A DNA stretch of 64,000 nucleotides. Origin: Promethearchaeota archaeon (GTDB lineage Archaea > Asgardarchaeota > Lokiarchaeia > Sigyniarchaeales > SOKP01). The notes beneath the pieces were generated by a model. That model did no database searches. It was not told where the DNA came from and saw only the letters and a list, made by a program, of their open reading frames with translations. The stretch's first letter is position 1. Each line of letters begins with the position of its first letter. The stretch spans positions 544,001 to 608,000 of the forward strand of contig JBHLNF010000001.1 of assembly GCA_048937405.1 (NCBI GenBank), given 5' to 3'. Below are positions 60,230-64,000 of the stretch, in pieces. The position numbers were made by a program, and so were the translations under genes.

Positions 60230-62854
60230 GTGATCTTAACAATGATGAAATTTGATAAATTTACTATAAAAGTACAAGAAGCCTTGTTGGCGGCAAGGTC
60301 TCTAGCTCAAGAAAGAGATCATCAAAAAATTGATCCAGTTCATTTATTAATTGCTTTTATAGATCAACAAGATGGAATTTCAACACCTTTATTGCAAAAA
60401 TTAGGGGTAAGCATAAAAAATATATTGAGTGATCTCTACAGTGAAATGGGGAGGATTCCAAAGGTATCAGGTTCAGGAGCAATGGATGTGGTTTTATCTC
60501 GCGAATCAAGTACATTGTTTGATTTAGCTTGGAAAGAGGCTGATTTATTGAGAGATCAGTACTTAAGTACCGAACATTTATTAATAGCTATGAGTAGTAA
60601 TCATTCATTAACTGTATATTCAATTTTAAACAAAAATGGAATAACAAAAGATAGAATTTTACAAGCATTAAAAACTATTAGAGGGCATCAAACAATTACG
60701 GATCAAGATCCAGAGGGAAAATATCAAGTTGTTGAAAAATACAGCCGCAATTTAACAGATTTAGCAAGAATAGGTAAATTAGATCCCGTAATAGGAAGGG
60801 ATGATGAAATTAGAAGAGTTATGCATATTTTATCTCGCAGAACAAAGAATAATCCTGTATTAATTGGGGAGGCAGGAGTAGGAAAAACAGCAATAGTAGA
60901 AGGATTAGCACAGAGAATAGCAAATGGAGATGTTCCAGAATCATTAAAAGAAAAAGATATTTTAGCTATGGATTTAGCAGCAATGGTTGCAGGAGCTAAA
61001 TATAGAGGTGAATTTGAAGATCGGCTTAAAGCTTTTATAAAGGAAGTTGAAAAAGGTTCAGGAAAATATATACTATTTATTGATGAGCTCCATACATTAG
61101 TTGGTGCTGGTGCAGCACAAGGTGCGATTGATGCTTCAAATATGTTAAAACCAGCATTAGCTCGAGGTGAATTAAGAGCAGTAGGGGCAACAACTTTAGA
61201 CGAATATAGAAAGTATATCGAAAAAGATGCGGCATTAACACGACGGTTCCAAACAGTGTATGTTGATGAGCCTTCAGTGGAAGATTCAATAGCTATTCTT
61301 AGAGGGTTAAAAGAAAAGTATGAAATTCATCATGGAGTAAGAATTACAGATTCTGCAATAATTGCAGCAGTTACATTATCGCATAGATATATTTCAGATC
61401 GCTTCTTACCTGATAAAGCTATTGATTTAATGGATGAAGCAGCCTCAAGATTAAGAATTGAAATAGATTCAATGCCAACTGAAATTGATGAAATTGAACG
61501 AAAAATCATTCAATTAGAGATTCAAAAGGAAGCTCTCAAAAAAGAGGATGATAAATCAAGTAAAGAACATATGAAGAAACTTGATGAAGAACTGCATAAT
61601 CTCAGGGAAGAGAATGATAACTTAAAACTACAGTGGAATAATGAAAAAAATGTAATCTTAAAGATTAATCAGATAAAAAGAAATATGGAAGAAACAAAAA
61701 TTGAAGCTGAAAAAGCTGAAAAACGAGGAGATCTTGGAAAGGCTGCTGAATTAACATATGGAATGCTAAATGAATTGAAAAAAGAACTAGACCACTATAA
61801 TACTGAACTATTAGAAATTCAAAAGAATAAAATTATGTTAAAACAAGAGGTAGATGATGAAGATATAGCCAAAATAATTTCTCAATGGACTGGAATTCCC
61901 GTATCCAGAATGTTGGAAGGCGAAAGGGAGAAATTACTAAAGATGGAGCAAAGATTGAAAAAAAGAATTGTTGGACAAGACGAGGCACTAAACAAAATAT
62001 CAAATGCAATTCGGAGAGCTAGGGCGGGAATACAAGATCCTAATAGACCTATTGGGACTTTTATATTTATGGGTCCCACTGGAGTTGGGAAAACGGAGAC
62101 TGCAAAAGCGTTAGCAGAATTTCTTTTTGACGATGAAAATGCTATGGTAAGAATTGATATGTCCGAATTTATGGAAAAACACAGCATTGCGAGATTGATT
62201 GGTGCGCCTCCTGGTTATATAGGATATGATGAAGGAGGCTACTTAACAGAAGCAGTCAGAAGAAGACCATATTCTGTTATTTTATTTGATGAGATCGAAA
62301 AAGCTCATCTTGAAGTATTTAATATATTATTGCAAATTTTTGATGATGGTAGATTAACAGATGGGCACGGACGTACAGTTGATTTTAAAAATACAATAAT
62401 TATTATGACAAGTAATATTGGGAGTCAATACATTCTTGATTCTAGAAATGATGATCCTTTAAAAAATCGAGAAATGATTTTAAAGACACTTAAAAATTAT
62501 TTTAGACCAGAATTTCTCAATAGAATTGATGAAATTATTATTTTCGATTTCTTAGATAAAAATCACTTAGAAGAAATTGTGGATATTCAAATTAAAAATT
62601 TAAATAAAATCTTATCAGTTCATAAAATCCAAATACTACTTACTCAAAAAGCAAAACAGTTCCTAAGTGAGAAAGGCTATGATCCTGATTATGGGGCAAG
62701 ACCTTTAAAAAGGACAATTCAGAATTATATACAAAATCCATTATCATTAAAAATTTTAGAAGGGGATTTTATGGAAGATAGCACTGTTAGAGTTGATATT
62801 GATAATAAAAAATCATTATCATTTGAAAGAATTGGAAAAATGGATGTGAATTAA
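60230..62854 (+). CDS. clpB: ATP-dependent disaggregase ClpB (start probably ATG 60242/60245)
   Basis: Two AAA modules ([16 protein letters not shown]), coiled-coil M domain, GARPLKR. Confidence 0.96.
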   Translation: MILTMMKFDKFTIKVQEALLAARSLAQERDHQKIDPVHLLIAFIDQQDGISTPLLQKLGVSIKNILSDLYSEMGRIPKVSGSGAMDVVLSRESSTLFDLAWKEADLLRDQYLSTEHLLIAMSSNHSLTVYSILNKNGITKDRILQALKTIRGHQTITDQDPEGKYQVVEKYSRNLTDLARIGKLDPVIGRDDEIRRVMHILSRRTKNNPVLIGEAGVGKTAIVEGLAQRIANGDVPESLKEKDILAMDLAAMVAGAKYRGEFEDRLKAFIKEVEKGSGKYILFIDELHTLVGAGAAQGAIDASNMLKPALARGELRAVGATTLDEYRKYIEKDAALTRRFQTVYVDEPSVEDSIAILRGLKEKYEIHHGVRITDSAIIAAVTLSHRYISDRFLPDKAIDLMDEAASRLRIEIDSMPTEIDEIERKIIQLEIQKEALKKEDDKSSKEHMKKLDEELHNLREENDNLKLQWNNEKNVILKINQIKRNMEETKIEAEKAEKRGDLGKAAELTYGMLNELKKELDHYNTELLEIQKNKIMLKQEVDDEDIAKIISQWTGIPVSRMLEGEREKLLKMEQRLKKRIVGQDEALNKISNAIRRARAGIQDPNRPIGTFIFMGPTGVGKTETAKALAEFLFDDENAMVRIDMSEFMEKHSIARLIGAPPGYIGYDEGGYLTEAVRRRPYSVILFDEIEKAHLEVFNILLQIFDDGRLTDGHGRTVDFKNTIIIMTSNIGSQYILDSRNDDPLKNREMILKTLKNYFRPEFLNRIDEIIIFDFLDKNHLEEIVDIQIKNLNKILSVHKIQILLTQKAKQFLSEKGYDPDYGARPLKRTIQNYIQNPLSLKILEGDFMEDSTVRVDIDNKKSLSFERIGKMDVN

Positions 62855-62913
62855 TAATTGGTCTACAAATGTTTTATAATTTTAGATAAAATAAATTTAT
62901 TGAGGATATTAAA

Positions 62914-63807
62914 ATGGGCTTAAATACTAAAAATAATATTGTTTTAAATGTATGTCCTGAATGTGGAGGATCAATAATTCCATTATTAGAGACTGGTGAT
63001 GTTGTATGCAATCAATGTGGATTAGTAATTGATGAAAGAAATGTCGATTTTTCACAAAATGGGAGGAGAGCTTATACACATCAAGAAAAAAATAATAGGG
63101 AGCAAACAGGGGCTCCAATTTCAATTTTATTACCCGATATGGGATTAAGCACAGTTATAGACAGAACTAAAATAAGTAATCCAGATTTAAAAAGAGCTGC
63201 TAAATGGAATACCCGTATAACGTGGCAAAAAAGAAATTTATTAATAGCATCAACGGAATTGAAAAGGATTAGTACAAATTTAAACTTACCAATATACGTG
63301 AGAGAAGATGCTATGCGTCTTTATAGGGAAGCTTTCAAAAAAAAATTACTAAGAGGAAGATCTATTAATGCAATGGTTGCGGCATGTTTATACTTGGCGT
63401 GTAGAAGAAAACAACTCCCTAGAACGCTTCAAGAAATAACCAATGAAGCTTCTGCAAATGCTAAAGACGTAAGAAGAAGTTATACAACTTTGATTAAGGA
63501 ATTCAATTTAAAATCTCCTTCTACTGATCCAATTTCTCTTATTCCAAGATATATAAATGATTTAGAATTAGATTCAGAAATAGAAAAATTAACAACTAAA
63601 ATTTTAAACACGTATAAAGCAAGATTTTCTATTAGTGGGAAAGATCCAAAGGGTTTATGTGCGGGTGCAATTTATTTAGCTTCTAAAATTAAAAATAGAG
63701 ATATTACCCAACAAAAAATTGTTGAAAATGTAGGAATAACAGAGGTTACACTTCGGTCTCGTTATAAAGAATTGAAAAATAAACTAAAAATCACATTACC
63801 TATATAA
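62914..63807 (+). CDS. tfb: Transcription initiation factor IIB
   Basis: CPECG...VCNQCG Zn ribbon, LRGRS, GKDPKGLCAGAIY, ITEVTLRSRYKEL. Confidence 0.95.
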   Translation: MGLNTKNNIVLNVCPECGGSIIPLLETGDVVCNQCGLVIDERNVDFSQNGRRAYTHQEKNNREQTGAPISILLPDMGLSTVIDRTKISNPDLKRAAKWNTRITWQKRNLLIASTELKRISTNLNLPIYVREDAMRLYREAFKKKLLRGRSINAMVAACLYLACRRKQLPRTLQEITNEASANAKDVRRSYTTLIKEFNLKSPSTDPISLIPRYINDLELDSEIEKLTTKILNTYKARFSISGKDPKGLCAGAIYLASKIKNRDITQQKIVENVGITEVTLRSRYKELKNKLKITLPI

Positions 63808-64000
63808 AAATATAAAATTCTATTTTTCTTTTAGTTATATAATTTTTGATCGTGTAATCAGAGAATTTCTTTTTTTTACTATTTAGTAATGAATTAAGAC
63901 CTTATTTCGATTTCATAAATGTTAAATATTTTATTTTTTATTATAAGTGAGAGTTAATAAAATCACTAAGTAGGAAATTTTCCAGTAATCATGAAACCAC

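Noticed and set aside
1634-63124. Many short antisense or nested ORFs in the track (e.g. 1634-1828, 13708-13998, 27248-27616, 40884-41192, 61882-62187)
   Set aside because: They are shadows of well-supported genes, with no motifs
1-64000. CRISPR arrays, tRNA/rRNA genes, transposases or integrases
   Set aside because: No spaced repeat arrays, GC-rich structured RNA blocks or recombinase motifs were seen by eye; tRNAscan-SE and Infernal would be needed to exclude them fully

Overview
AT-rich archaeal chromosomal DNA, most likely an Asgard archaeon of the Lokiarchaeia. The evidence is a eukaryote-like actin, a Loki-type profilin domain, TFB and eukaryote-type SECIS hairpins. Ordinary content: arsR/acr3 locus, ABC transporters, methyltransferases, leuACDB, a duplicated Fe-S/TIGR04076-like cassette, pyk, and grpE-dnaK-dnaJ-clpB-tfb. 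Five signals stand out, several of them missed by the ORF track. (1) An actin gene with an apparent ATT start is followed by a protein fusing a profilin-like domain to a TrmB winged helix, with a TrmB-like palindrome in the actin promoter. This is a candidate actin-sensing transcription circuit. (2) Three hidden UGA-readthrough selenoprotein genes come with two near-identical eukaryote-type SECIS hairpins. One is a beta-grasp-like protein in the arsenic locus with tandem UGA-UGA; the other two (C-GCAxxG-C-C and AhpD-like CxxU) appear to share one SECIS. (3) A 33-aa leader peptide ending in seven Leu codons plus a long hairpin precedes leuA, resembling a bacterial attenuator in an archaeon. (4) A PadR-led cluster has two BtrH-like peptidases, a class II-like UvrA and a fused double UvrA, with no uvrB/uvrC in the window. 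(5) An internally duplicated two-domain K+ channel. No rRNA, tRNA, CRISPR array or transposase was recognised. All family assignments come from motif recognition by eye, not database searches.
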